Shown here: positions 39,622 through 49,608 of the stretch, in pieces | How positions within the stretch are numbered: the stretch's first letter is position 1 | Layout: every line of letters starts with the position of its first letter | Assembly (NCBI GenBank): GCA_041663045.1 | Contig: JBAZRH010000001.1 | Location: 212,403-276,402, forward strand | DNA: 64,000 bases | Source of the DNA: Minisyncoccota bacterium | GTDB taxonomy: Bacteria > Patescibacteriota > Minisyncoccia > Phycocordibacterales > GWA1-40-21 | Reading direction: 5' to 3' | The notes under the pieces: model-generated | Databases searched by the model: none | Told to the model about the DNA's origin: nothing | What the model saw: only the letters and a program-made list of their open reading frames with translations | Translations under genes and position numbers: made by a program

Positions 39622-40167
39622 ATGGTAAAGAAAGCCAAGCAAATCGAAATACTTCAAAAAGATAACCCTGTTTTAAGACAAGTCTCTAAACCTATATCTG
39701 AAAAAGAAATATCCGGTACCGAAATCAAGAAAATCATTTCCGATATGAAAATAGCCCTAAATTCTCAAGAAGACGGTATTGCGATTTCTGCCGTTCAAAT
39801 CGGTTATTTATCAAGAATTTTTATAATTTCTAAGAAAATCTATGAAGTTTTAGGAGAAGCACCGGAAGTGGCCGGCAAGAAATCCGACCTTGTATTCATA
39901 AATCCAAAAATCAAGAAAGTTTCAAAAGACAAACAGCTTTTGGAAGAAGGTTGCCTTTCTGTAAGATATCTTTATGGCAAGGTTTTGCGTTCAGCAAAAG
40001 CCACCATCGAAGCGCTCGATGAAAACGGCAAAAAGTTTTCTCGAGGAGTCTCTGGACTTCTCGCGCAGATAGTTCAACATGAAAATGATCATTTGGACGG
40101 AATACTTTTTATAGACAAAGCTACTGATATTCAGGAAATATTGCCTGAGAGCATTAAGACGAAATAA
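39622..40167 (+). CDS. def: Peptide deformylase, paralog 2
   Basis: Motif I GIAISAVQIG, motif II EGCLSV, motif III QHENDHLDG. Immediately upstream of fmt. Confidence 0.85.
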   Translation: MVKKAKQIEILQKDNPVLRQVSKPISEKEISGTEIKKIISDMKIALNSQEDGIAISAVQIGYLSRIFIISKKIYEVLGEAPEVAGKKSDLVFINPKIKKVSKDKQLLEEGCLSVRYLYGKVLRSAKATIEALDENGKKFSRGVSGLLAQIVQHENDHLDGILFIDKATDIQEILPESIKTK

Positions 40168-40171
40168 ATAA

Positions 40172-41026
40172 ATGTTTAATAAAGTCAAAATCGTATTTTT
40201 CGGCAGTTCAGATTTCTCCGTGATTGCACTCGATGAATTAAAAAAACTCGGCATTATGCCAGAACTTATTATCTCTACTCCAGACAGACCGCAAGGCAGA
40301 AAACTCGTCCTCACACCGACTCCCGTAAAGATTTGGGCGGAAAACAATAGCGTAGAGTGTATCACTCCAGAAAAATTAAAAAATTCTGATTTCATTTCAA
40401 AAATATCCGAATACAATCTATTCGTCGTAGCCTCTTATGGGAAAATAATTCCGAAAGAGATTATTGAAATCCCAAAATATAAGATTTTGAATATTCATCC
40501 TTCCCTATTGCCAAAATATCGCGGAGCATCACCCTTGCAAGAACAAATATTAAATAATGAACAAGATATCGGCGTTTCAGTAATGCAAATAGACGAAGAA
40601 ATGGATCATGGAGCAATAATCGCTCAGAAGAAATTGGATATACTCGGCTGGCCTACCGGTTTTAGATCCACGCAAGAAACTTTGGCGAAGGCTGGCGCAG
40701 ATTTACTCGCAGAAATATTGCCTGATTGGATAAAAGGCAAAATCAAGGCAAAAGAGCAGAATCATAGCGAAGCGACATTTACAAAAAAAGTTGAGAAGTC
40801 CGACGGTCTTATAGATATCAAAAACGGTGATCAATTTAAAAATTATCTCAAAATCTTGGCCTATGAAGAGTGGCCACGTGCATTTTTTGAAATCGAAAAA
40901 GGCGGTAAAAAAATAAAAGTAATAATCACAAAAGCTATTTGGAAAGACGGCGTGCTAGAAATCCAAAAAGTCATCCCCGAAGGCAAAAAAGAAATGGATT
41001 ACAAATCTTTCTTGCTTGGACTATAA
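40172..41026 (+). CDS. fmt: Methionyl-tRNA formyltransferase
   Basis: 284 aa. N-terminal Formyl_trans_N (IVFFGSSDFSV...NIHPSLLPKYRGASP) plus a C-terminal domain. Confidence 0.9.
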   Translation: MFNKVKIVFFGSSDFSVIALDELKKLGIMPELIISTPDRPQGRKLVLTPTPVKIWAENNSVECITPEKLKNSDFISKISEYNLFVVASYGKIIPKEIIEIPKYKILNIHPSLLPKYRGASPLQEQILNNEQDIGVSVMQIDEEMDHGAIIAQKKLDILGWPTGFRSTQETLAKAGADLLAEILPDWIKGKIKAKEQNHSEATFTKKVEKSDGLIDIKNGDQFKNYLKILAYEEWPRAFFEIEKGGKKIKVIITKAIWKDGVLEIQKVIPEGKKEMDYKSFLLGL

Positions 41027-41174
41027 TCAGTATGACGCAGCACTAGTGTTTAAACCCCTATCTACCGTGTCCCAATAGTTTATTACACCGACAGATTTAA
41101 CAGAGAGATTGTAAATATAGAACATAAATATCACGATAGTTATGGTCAGTAAAATAATAAGATGTTTTTTTCTT

Positions 41175-41552
41175 TTATTGCCTATCCCCATAAAATCCTT
41201 TTAGAATTGCTTTTAATTTTGCACGACCTCTTTTTATAATACTCATTCTCCTATCTTTAAAGGACTTTAATTCATTGGCCATTTCATCATTTACAACGTC
41301 TATAGCAGCATAGAGATCATCTCTTTCTGATGTTGCCCTCAAAGATTTGCCTCCAATATGTAAGGTTAGTTCCGCTTTGAAAAAATCTCCAGATTTATGG
41401 TGCTTTGTCGTCTTGCCGATATCTACATAGCACATTACTGTCTCCAAATCTTCTGGACTTATAAATTTATCCAAATGAGAAAGTCTTTTATCAACATAAT
41501 CGGTAATCGCAGGAGTGAGAAAGATATTTGTCGTCTTAATATTATGCTTCAT
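41175..41552 (-). CDS. hpf: Ribosome hibernation promoting factor / RaiA (YfiA) family
   Basis: 125 aa. NIKTTNIFLTPAITDYVDKRL...KFI fits the sigma-54-modulation / ribosomal subunit interface family. Confidence 0.75.
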   Translation of the reverse strand: MKHNIKTTNIFLTPAITDYVDKRLSHLDKFISPEDLETVMCYVDIGKTTKHHKSGDFFKAELTLHIGGKSLRATSERDDLYAAIDVVNDEMANELKSFKDRRMSIIKRGRAKLKAILKGFYGDRQ

Positions 41553-41554
41553 GT

Positions 41555-41776
41555 TTATTTATCTAAACTTATAATTTTCCCCGGGGAGTGATGACCGCTC
41601 ACTATCCTTACATCACCATTATACACTTTAAAGTGTTCTCGAACTAGTTCTAAAATACGACCGTTTGCAAGTCCACGCTCGGCCGGCTCTTTGACCGACA
41701 CATCGAAATGATCTTCAGACTTTTTTACAAATCTTTCCTTTTTTGCCCCCGCTTGAGCTTTTACTTTTATATACAT
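41555..41776 (-). CDS. DUF167 (YggU-like) protein
   Basis: 73 aa. VKAQAGAKKERF...VKEPAERGLANGRILELVREHFKV matches the YggU pattern. Confidence 0.55.
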   Translation of the reverse strand: MYIKVKAQAGAKKERFVKKSEDHFDVSVKEPAERGLANGRILELVREHFKVYNGDVRIVSGHHSPGKIISLDK

Positions 41777-42076
41777 AAATAGATTTTACTATACTTTATA
41801 CAAAACAAAAATAGACTGAGCATACTTCCCTTTTCTCATTTCTTCTGCTAATATAATGCCCAGTTCTTTCAAGAAAATTCCGATTAAGTATTTCCCGAGT
41901 AGCAAGCGGTGAAGTGAGTGTTGGGTTGGGACCCGACACGCAAGACTTTTTTAGATAGTTTGGAGCATAGCGACAAAATATCAAAAAAGTGGACAGCTCC
42001 TGTAAGGAGGTTGCCTGTTTTGGCAACTGCACCGATATAGCTACTTTGTAAAATATTTTTTATGGAAAAATATTAT

Positions 42077-42148
42077 TCCGGAGTAGCTCAGCGGTAGAGC
42101 AGTTGCCTGTTAAGCAATTGGTCGCAGGTTCGATCCCTGCCTCCGGAG
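42077..42148 (+). tRNA. tRNA-Asn (anticodon GUU)
   Basis: TCCGGAGTAGCTCAGCGGTAGAGCAGTTGCCTGTTAAGCAATTGGTCGCAGGTTCGATCCCTGCCTCCGGAG. 7-bp acceptor stem, anticodon loop cTGTTaa, T-loop GTTCGATCC. No encoded CCA. Confidence 0.9.
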
Positions 42149-42221
42149 CAAATTAAAAACGCCACCCCTGTGTGGTGTTTTTCAATTTGCGACGGAGAGA
42201 AAGCTCTGGGAGAGCTTTCGT

Positions 42222-42319
42222 GCAGGGATCGAAAGATTTTCTATGTTTGCGAAAATCTCTATTTGAGCAAACCAGAAAATCACGCGCTGTAGGCGAGATA
42301 CCCCTGCCTCCGTAGCAAC
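42222..42319. repeat. Partial copies of the tRNA-Asn 3' end downstream of the gene (one inverted T-arm copy, one direct acceptor copy)
   Basis: cagggatcgaa at 42224-42234 is the reverse complement of ttcgatccctg in the T-arm. ccctgcctccgtagca at 42303-42318 directly repeats the 3' end ccctgcctccggagca with one mismatch. Confidence 0.6.
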
Positions 42320-42394
42320 TTGATAGTTATTATTTAATATGTTATTATGTAGAAGGAGTGAAATTAATGTTTAATAGATAAAGGAGATTAGTGT

Positions 42395-42658
42395 ATGTTC
42401 ACGAAGATTACCGTCAACGCCAATGCTGAGCGAGCACTGCTCGACCTACAGCAAAAACTCAAGGATGGAATCAGTATTAACAATCGCGCGGTACCAGACT
42501 TGCCCTGTATAGGATGTGACCGTGTGGATGAACGATTCGTGCAGACCGTTGGTGCACATCAATCCCACTGTGCTTGGAATCACATGTTCCATTGCAATCA
42601 GTGCGGTTATGATAGCAATCTAGCCAAGTACTTGGGTCTCGACTGTAACTGTAAGTAA
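42395..42658 (+). CDS. Small Cys/His-rich protein (putative metal-binding peptide) in a GC-elevated islet
   Basis: AAAGGAG sits 8 nt upstream of the ATG. 87 aa. N-terminal helical part, then CIGCDRV...HQSHCAWNHMFHCNQCGYD...DCNCK, with 8 Cys and 5 His in 50 aa. Confidence 0.5.
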   Translation: MFTKITVNANAERALLDLQQKLKDGISINNRAVPDLPCIGCDRVDERFVQTVGAHQSHCAWNHMFHCNQCGYDSNLAKYLGLDCNCK

Positions 42659-42797
42659 ACCCAAATATCTGGTCAAAAACATTTGCCACATGATTCTAGG
42701 CTGGAATCATGTGGTATTTTTTATATTTAACAGACAGTATTTATAATCTTGAGGGTATCTGTATATACAAATGATATATGTTTGATATAATTTTGGA

Positions 42798-44753
42798 ATG
42801 GGAGAAAATCTTATTCTAGAAAAGACGTCGCCCAATAAGCTTGAACTTACTAATGAACAGTTAGAGAAATTTAACCGTATCTATAAATATCTGGGTGTAG
42901 ACACTTTCGATAGTATGTCTAACCAAAATCATGATTTTGAGAGATTCGAGAAAGAGTGGAATTCACATTCATATGATATTGAAAGGCTCACGGCCCTATT
43001 ATCCAACAGAAGAAAATGGGTAGAGATAATGTCACTTGGTCCTAAGTTTCAAGAATTCATTGAAGGAGAAATTACTAAGAATCTCGAGGATAAGACGAGA
43101 ATAGCTAGCTATAATAGATACAAACTAATAACAGACTATTTTTCATTGGGATACGATACTCCAAACAGTTTTATCATTACTTTATTAAATAATGAGACTG
43201 TATGGAACAACCCGGATGGTAGTACTATGCATAAACTATTGAACTATATTGAAAGAAAGAGGAGCCCAGAAATCACTGACGCTGTAAAACAATATATAGA
43301 GAGAATAATTGAAGATGACTATACCAGACATCAATATCTTACTGGTGATTTAGCAAACGCGTTAAATACGCTCGGTATAATTGCCAACATAGGAACAGCT
43401 AGAGATACACTCGCAAATATATTATCTAAAAAACCGTCCCTAACAGCCTATTTTGCTGGCCATGGAGATATCTTTGATGGAATATTAGGGTTATATTACA
43501 AGGAAGTCAAACCTAATGAATTTGACCCTACAAAAGAAAACGAAAGACTTAAATCTTTAGAAGAAGAACTCGCACGCCTTAAAAAACATCCGGTAGACAG
43601 ACCAAAAGATTTAGATGACGATGAAGGCTACGACGACTATTATGGTACATCTTCATTGGGAGGTATATCATTAACAGATGATCCATGGAATGAAGGTTCA
43701 CACCTTAGGGATGAGAGAATGGAAACACTAGACAAAGAGACAGACGAGATGATTGGGAGGGTTAATAATCTAACTTTAAATGAGGGCCTTGCCCCTACGG
43801 CTGTATCAGCAATTCAACTTAATGTCTTTAATTTTCTCAGACAGAGCAGCGGGGCGACTGATGAAGAAGTCATGATACGAATTGAAAAACTCAGGAGATT
43901 GTCAGATAAAGAGAAATTGTCTAGTAACATTAAAAATCCATTGCCTACCATGGGTATAGAAATAGAGATACCAATGAATGTACTAGATGGTAAAAAAGTA
44001 GCTATATTAAACAAGTTCTTTATATCAAACTACCGAGAAATACTGGATGATTTGTGGGAAGTCAACCCAGATTTCTCATATTGTGCAGAAACACAAGCAC
44101 GAATAATACAAGAATTAGCAAAGATGGGAGCTCTACCGATTGATCGAGCTACCAAAAAGATAGATGACTACAGTCTCCTCTCTCTTCATGTAAATTTTGG
44201 TATACCAAGCGGTATTACGGGAGAAGATCTGGATAAATATCAGATAAAAATGGAATTAATGAACGACGTATTAATATATGCATATTCCTCAATAAATAGA
44301 ATAAAGGGAAGAAAGACTAATACATCTCTGACGTGGAATCATGCGGCTTCTTCAAGTGAAAAGAATAGTAATGGTATAGATCAGATTAGGGTTCGTAGTC
44401 AGGCCGTCAGACTTGAGTTGAGAGCGAATGAATTTAAAGATTACCCGACGTACAGAATGCTATCTGAATCGCAAGAAATCGTCGCAATGTTCTGTTCTTA
44501 CCTAAAGGTTAAAGAGGGATTACAGTATACTTTTGTCGATGCATATCTGTCAGATTTGTGGGATAAATTCGAGATAGAGGTATCTAACTATCTTAAGTCT
44601 GAAGGGTTATCACCAAACTCAGTCGATATGAACAGAGACCTTGTTATAGAGAAAATGCAAAATACTGATATACAAAAATGGTCAAGATTTCTTGTCTTTG
44701 ATTATGCAAAGAAAGTAAGAGAAGTGATTAAAGATATAGTTCCGGTTATATAA
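42798..44753 (+). CDS. Large hypothetical protein (651 aa), no confident domain
   Basis: Continuous ORF, helix-rich with acidic patches. The segment PTMGIEIEIPMNVLDG weakly recalls the first strand of GCS2/amidoligase-type carboxylate-amine ligases; this is very tentative. Confidence 0.55.
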   Translation: MGENLILEKTSPNKLELTNEQLEKFNRIYKYLGVDTFDSMSNQNHDFERFEKEWNSHSYDIERLTALLSNRRKWVEIMSLGPKFQEFIEGEITKNLEDKTRIASYNRYKLITDYFSLGYDTPNSFIITLLNNETVWNNPDGSTMHKLLNYIERKRSPEITDAVKQYIERIIEDDYTRHQYLTGDLANALNTLGIIANIGTARDTLANILSKKPSLTAYFAGHGDIFDGILGLYYKEVKPNEFDPTKENERLKSLEEELARLKKHPVDRPKDLDDDEGYDDYYGTSSLGGISLTDDPWNEGSHLRDERMETLDKETDEMIGRVNNLTLNEGLAPTAVSAIQLNVFNFLRQSSGATDEEVMIRIEKLRRLSDKEKLSSNIKNPLPTMGIEIEIPMNVLDGKKVAILNKFFISNYREILDDLWEVNPDFSYCAETQARIIQELAKMGALPIDRATKKIDDYSLLSLHVNFGIPSGITGEDLDKYQIKMELMNDVLIYAYSSINRIKGRKTNTSLTWNHAASSSEKNSNGIDQIRVRSQAVRLELRANEFKDYPTYRMLSESQEIVAMFCSYLKVKEGLQYTFVDAYLSDLWDKFEIEVSNYLKSEGLSPNSVDMNRDLVIEKMQNTDIQKWSRFLVFDYAKKVREVIKDIVPVI

Positions 44754-44964
44754 ATCTAATTTTCTCTGACTCAACCGTAATCCTCCCCCACTCCACAATT
44801 CTGAACTTGCTCACAAGATGGAGCCAGTTAGGACAACCAAATGTATTGATATTTCTATCGACTTGACATCATTTGGTGGTTTGATATACTTTCTATATTA
44901 AGACGAAGAGGGATCCAAACGGTTCACTACCTAAGGAGCCCTTTTCTTTTTATACGGAATTGTT

Positions 44965-45459
44965 TTATTTGATCTTCTCCTTAATATCTTTACTTTCTAA
45001 ATAATCAAAATATTCAGAACCAAGAGATTTATACAAGGACGAAGCAAATTTCTTGTTCGGAAACAGGATTTTTCCAAATTTATTTTCTTCAATCAAAAAA
45101 TCGACCAGTGCTTTAAAATCTCCATCTCCTGAGACCAAAATAATCTTATCAAAAGGTTCGCCTTTGTAGATTTTTTTCATTATTTGAAATACAATTTCAG
45201 TATCGACATTGCCTTTCTTTTTACCTAGCATGGCCGAATTATGTTCTCTGAATTTTAGGATCATCCCTGATTTTTGGATTTTATCATATAATTCATCATT
45301 CTCGTCCTGAACATAACCTAGAAAATAATACACATCTGACACATTGTATTTTCTTTCCAGATATATTTTGAATTTAACCAAATTAATTTCCCAAGGCGAA
45401 TTACAGCTTTTAGTCCCCATATATAGGTTCTGTCCATCAATAAAAGCAATGTTTTTCAT
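44965..45459 (-). CDS. NYN-domain (LabA/DUF88-like, PIN-related) protein
   Basis: 164 aa. IAFIDGQNLY, VDTEIV and LVSGDGDF acidic motifs are characteristic of NYN ribonuclease domains. Confidence 0.75.
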   Translation of the reverse strand: MKNIAFIDGQNLYMGTKSCNSPWEINLVKFKIYLERKYNVSDVYYFLGYVQDENDELYDKIQKSGMILKFREHNSAMLGKKKGNVDTEIVFQIMKKIYKGEPFDKIILVSGDGDFKALVDFLIEENKFGKILFPNKKFASSLYKSLGSEYFDYLESKDIKEKIK

Positions 45460-45696
45460 GCGGTAGATTATAACATAATTTGAATTACCAATGCAGGAAA
45501 AGTACTTAAAACTCCACTCGACTCAAGCTCATTTTTAATTTTATTCCAGTTTGCAGTTCTAAATGTATCAACTAGTTGGAGCCGTAAAGCAAAACCCTTT
45601 GACTCTAAATCAATAATATCCTAGTATGATTTATGAAGGGAGCATAACCCATAAAAAAGCCAACTGATTTTCAGTTGTGTTCTAGGAGAAATAAAG

Positions 45697-46317
45697 ATGA
45701 AGATGAAAAGGACTGCATTACTGTCAGTATTCGACAAGACTGGTATTGTCGAGTTCGGACGCGACCTAAATAATCTCGGCTTCGATATTCTTGCCTCAGG
45801 CGGAACAGCTCGGGCTTTGACTGAAGCTGGTATCGAAGTCACTGATGTGGCTACAATTGTCGGTGAGCCGATTCTTGGTCACCGAGTTGTTACACTGTCG
45901 CGCCAGATCCACGCTGCCCTGCTTGCCCAAGACAATGAAGAAGACAGGGCAGAACTGGCAAGGATCGGTATTCCTAAGATCGATCTCGTATACGTGAACA
46001 TGTATCCGCTGGAAGCAGAAGTGGCAAAAGATGGACACACGCTCCAGAGCGTTATCGAGAAGACCGACATCGGCGGACCGACCATGTTACGTTCGGCAGC
46101 CAAGGGACGCCGTATTGTCATGTGCCACCCCGATCAAATTCCTTCAGTTCTGGCAACGATAAAGGAACAGGACTTCATGAACGGCGGCAAGATGTGCGAG
46201 TCGTTCCTTTCCACGCTTGTAAGCATCGCGGAACGGACGGTCAGTGCATACTGTCTCTGCTCGGCGGATTTCCATGCGGAGGTCGCACGGAATCTCGAAT
46301 TTGTCGAGAAAGATTGA
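45697..46317 (+). pseudogene. purH: Fragment of purH (IMP cyclohydrolase MGS-like domain only), catalytic motifs degenerate, GC-rich
   Basis: ALLSVFDKTGIVEFGRDL...SGGTARAL...YVNMYPL...DIGGPTMLRSAAKG is collinear with the PurH N-terminus. The conserved GRVKTLHPKIHGG reads GHRVVTLSRQIHAA. The ORF ends after about 200 aa with no AICAR-transformylase domain. Confidence 0.6.
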
Positions 46318-46438
46318 TCGGCTTCGTCATAGTTGAATCGCCAAGGATTGTATCCTTGGCGATTTTTTTATACTTTACTTTTTGTCATAAAAGTATAGTA
46401 TCAGAAATAGAAATTTACTCGTTTGAGTATACTGTTCC

Positions 46439-48610
46439 TTGACAAGAACAGAGCAGATAGGAAACAAAAATAAACAGAAAGTAGAGGTAGAGAAAATGAT
46501 AGCAAAATTAGTTAGGAACTTCGGTCTATACGAAGTCTGTTTCTACATTGAAATGATTTCGGAAATGACCCTGGCAGAACTTCAAAAACTCCGCTGGGTA
46601 ATTGCCGAGACCTTCGAACCATTGCTTACGGGAGATCGTCATTCCTATAGCGAAGGTTCGTTTGTGGAAATTGGTCCGCGTCTCAACGTGGAAACACCTT
46701 TTTCAACCAATGCTGTGGCAATTTGCCATGCAATGGGTTTGGACAAGGTGGTTCGGATTGAACAGTCGAAAATATACAAACTGGATGGAGCCACGCGTGA
46801 AGAAATTCTCGCACAACATTTGGATCAGATGACGTAAGTTGTCTATCCACCTGGTGGTATCTCCAGTTTCAGTCTTGATTCGATCACAGCAGAAGTGCAG
46901 ATCATCCCAGTTCTTGAACAGGGAGAAGATGCACTACGAGCAGCGAACAAATTGCTCGGCCTCGGCATGGACAGTTGGGATATCACCTACTATACGGAAC
47001 TTTTCCGCAAGTATGGGAGAAATCCAACCGACGTGGAGCTATTCCAAATCGGTAATGCCAACAGCGAGCATTGTCGTCACTGGTACTTCAAAGGGAAGAT
47101 GGTGATCGACGGCGTGGAAATGCCGGAGTGTTTGCTCGATATCGTTCGGGCGCCGCTTCTTGCAGTTTCTGGCTTAAATGTCAGCATGCTCGCATTCAAC
47201 GATAACGTTGGTGCCTTGTATGGTCATCGGGTGCAGTTTTTTGTACCAGCAAATCCCGGGCAACCCTCGGAATTTAAGTCGGTACAGAGAACACTTCATC
47301 CGACAGCGACTGCGGAAACGCATAATCATCCGACACTCATCGCCCCCTATCCAGGAGCGGCGACGAAAATCGGTGGTCGTATCCGTGATACCTGCGCCGG
47401 CGGACGTGGATCGCTCATCGGGTTTGGAACAGCGGGATATTGCGTCGGTAATCTGTTCCTTCCTGGCGATTACAAAATCCCTGGTGAGGTCATTGGTGGC
47501 GAGGTAAGCAATAAGCATGCAACGCCACTTCGAATTCTCCTTGAAGGAAGTAACGGAGACTTCGACTACGGAAATCAATTCGGTGAGCCGACAATTGGTG
47601 GCTTTACCAGAACCTTTTGCCAGATAGTTAGTGGCGAAAGGCGCGAGTTCCGTAAGCCGATCTTTTACGGCGGCGGAGTTGGTCACATTGAGGACAAGCA
47701 CACGAAAAAGCAGACCCCTGAAAAAGGAATGCTTATCGTGGCTATCGGTGGGCCGGCCTATGATATTGGTTTTGGCGGTGGGGCCGCATCGAGTATGGCA
47801 CAAGGTCAAAATGACGCCGGGCTTGATTTCAAATCAGTTCAGCGTGGTAACGGCGAGATGGGCAATAAAGCTGTTCGCGTCATTCGAGCGTGCGTGGAGA
47901 TGGGAGACAAAAATCCTATTGAAGCAATTCACGATCAAGGCGCGGGCGGTCCAAGCAATGTCATAACCGAACTCGTCGAGATTATTGGCGGACGGGCAGA
48001 CATTCGACAGATTCGTCTTGGCGACAAGACGATGGCCGTCATCTCCATCTGGAGTGCTGAATATCAGGAGCGCTATGGCTTCCTGATCAAGCCGGACTGT
48101 CGGAAGCTGTTCGAGGATATTTGCGCTCGTGAACGGGTGAACTGCGAAATACTGGGAGAGATTACTGGCGATGGGTACATCACGGTGATTGACTCAGCAA
48201 AAAACACGACACCTGTTCATCTCAATCTGCGAGATATCTTGGGCAAGTTGCCGCAGAAGACGTTCAAGTCCGATCACAAGCCGATGGATCTCAAACCACT
48301 AGAATTACCCGACGATTTGTCGTTCAACGACGCGGCAGAAATTGTCCTGAAGCAGGTATCTGTCGGATCGAAGGGTTTCCTGGTACGGAAAGTGGATCGG
48401 AGCGTCGGTGGACGCGTGGTGCAACAACAGTGTTGTGGCGCAAGTCAGGTGCCGATCGGAAATGTTCAAGTCTTGGCTGGCGGACCGGATGGAAATAATC
48501 CTACATTATTGAATCAGAGATTGCATCAGCTTCTAATGATAACCGTCTGTATTATACTACCTTCATTTGCATTGAGTGTTGCAGGCAAATACTTGAACGA
48601 TAAGTCTTAG
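46439..48610 (+). pseudogene. purL: Disrupted large-type purL (FGAM synthetase): N-terminal roughly 700 aa in two frames, C-terminus replaced
   Basis: 46439-46837 encodes a PurL N-domain (ETPFSTNAVAICHAMGLDKVVRIE). 46895-48540 contains NSEHCRH and AETHNHP motifs. A frame break lies between 46837 and 46895. The last about 23 aa (ILPSFALSVAGKYLNDKS) match the C-terminus of the small membrane protein at 50428-50613. Confidence 0.7.
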
Positions 48611-48794
48611 ACACCCTTGCCTTTATTTTTTATTTTTCTCCGATCTTAAACTTGTAATCTGGAGTGATTCAAAGTTATTAAACTTAGCTAACGCTGATTT
48701 GACTTTGGTATAGACTAGTGTTAGCCTAATGAAAGATTAGTAAAGAGAGTTTACAAACTCTTTAAAAACAACAAAATATACAAAGGAGACGTCT

Positions 48795-49391
48795 GTGAAG
48801 AACGAATACAGCGTGGAGTCATTTATCCGTGACCAGTTGGTAAAATTGGTTTCGGATTTCACCAGTCTGAATGCAATGTTCATCTCATACCGACCGATTG
48901 GTGAATACCAAGATGGCTTGGTAAAGACAAATAAAGATGGCCTGCAGATTTTCGTCTCAAAAGGAAAAGAGGCCAACCAAGATCTTGCGGCATTAGGTAT
49001 ATGGACGCTTGCCCATGGCACGATCGAAGAAGATGTCGCTTATCACAATACCTGCCAAAGGATTGCCACAAACGAAGTCGCAGGAGTTGTCGGGAAAATA
49101 CCAAGTGAAAGAAAGAGCGATGTCTTGGTAATTTATCTCGGCTTGAGTGGCTTCAATGCGGCGGTTGAATTCATAAGGAAGACAAAAGAAACTATCCCTG
49201 CCATGAAAGTCGTGGCAGTGACTTGTGACTGTGACCTCGAATCCAAGAGGCCTACGGCTTCCCTTCTGATTGCATCCGGAGAGATTGACTATTTCGTCGT
49301 CACCAAAGGTTGCGGCGGCACTGGCGCGATGTCGAAAATTCTGGAAGCAATGATTGAGACATGGCCGAGTAAGGAACCGGTTCCAGCCTGA
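48795..49391 (+). CDS. Hypothetical protein (GTG start, strong SD), moderately GC-elevated
   Basis: AAAGGAG sits 7 nt upstream of GTG at 48795. 198 aa with no recognisable domain. Terminator downstream. Confidence 0.5.
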   Translation: MKNEYSVESFIRDQLVKLVSDFTSLNAMFISYRPIGEYQDGLVKTNKDGLQIFVSKGKEANQDLAALGIWTLAHGTIEEDVAYHNTCQRIATNEVAGVVGKIPSERKSDVLVIYLGLSGFNAAVEFIRKTKETIPAMKVVAVTCDCDLESKRPTASLLIASGEIDYFVVTKGCGGTGAMSKILEAMIETWPSKEPVPA

Positions 49392-49414
49392 TCAACATGA
49401 CCAAAAGTTGTTCT

Positions 49415-49448
49415 AACCCGCTATCATAGGATGGCGGGTTTTGTTTTG
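49415..49448 (+). terminator. Rho-independent terminator
   Basis: aacccgctatcat-agg-atggcgggtt followed by TTGTTTTG. Confidence 0.7.
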
Positions 49449-49608
49449 TATAAATTTGGTGCCTTTTCTTTTAGGTCTCAACCGCTAATATAAGCCTATG
49501 TCATAAGGGTTATTTTTGATATCTCAATAAGATCTATAACTAGTCAACATTTAAATTGATTTAGGAGTATAATATGAATACAGTTTAACAGTTTATTAAC
49601 TAAAATTT

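Noticed and set aside
41796-42032. 78-aa minus-strand ORF upstream of tRNA-Asn
   Set aside because: No ribosome-binding site, no recognisable composition. It lies in the tRNA leader/promoter region.
46122-46442. 106-aa ORF overlapping the end of the purH fragment
   Set aside because: Out-of-frame read-through of a decaying region. The translation (Arg/Cys-rich) has no similarity to the PurH C-terminal domain.
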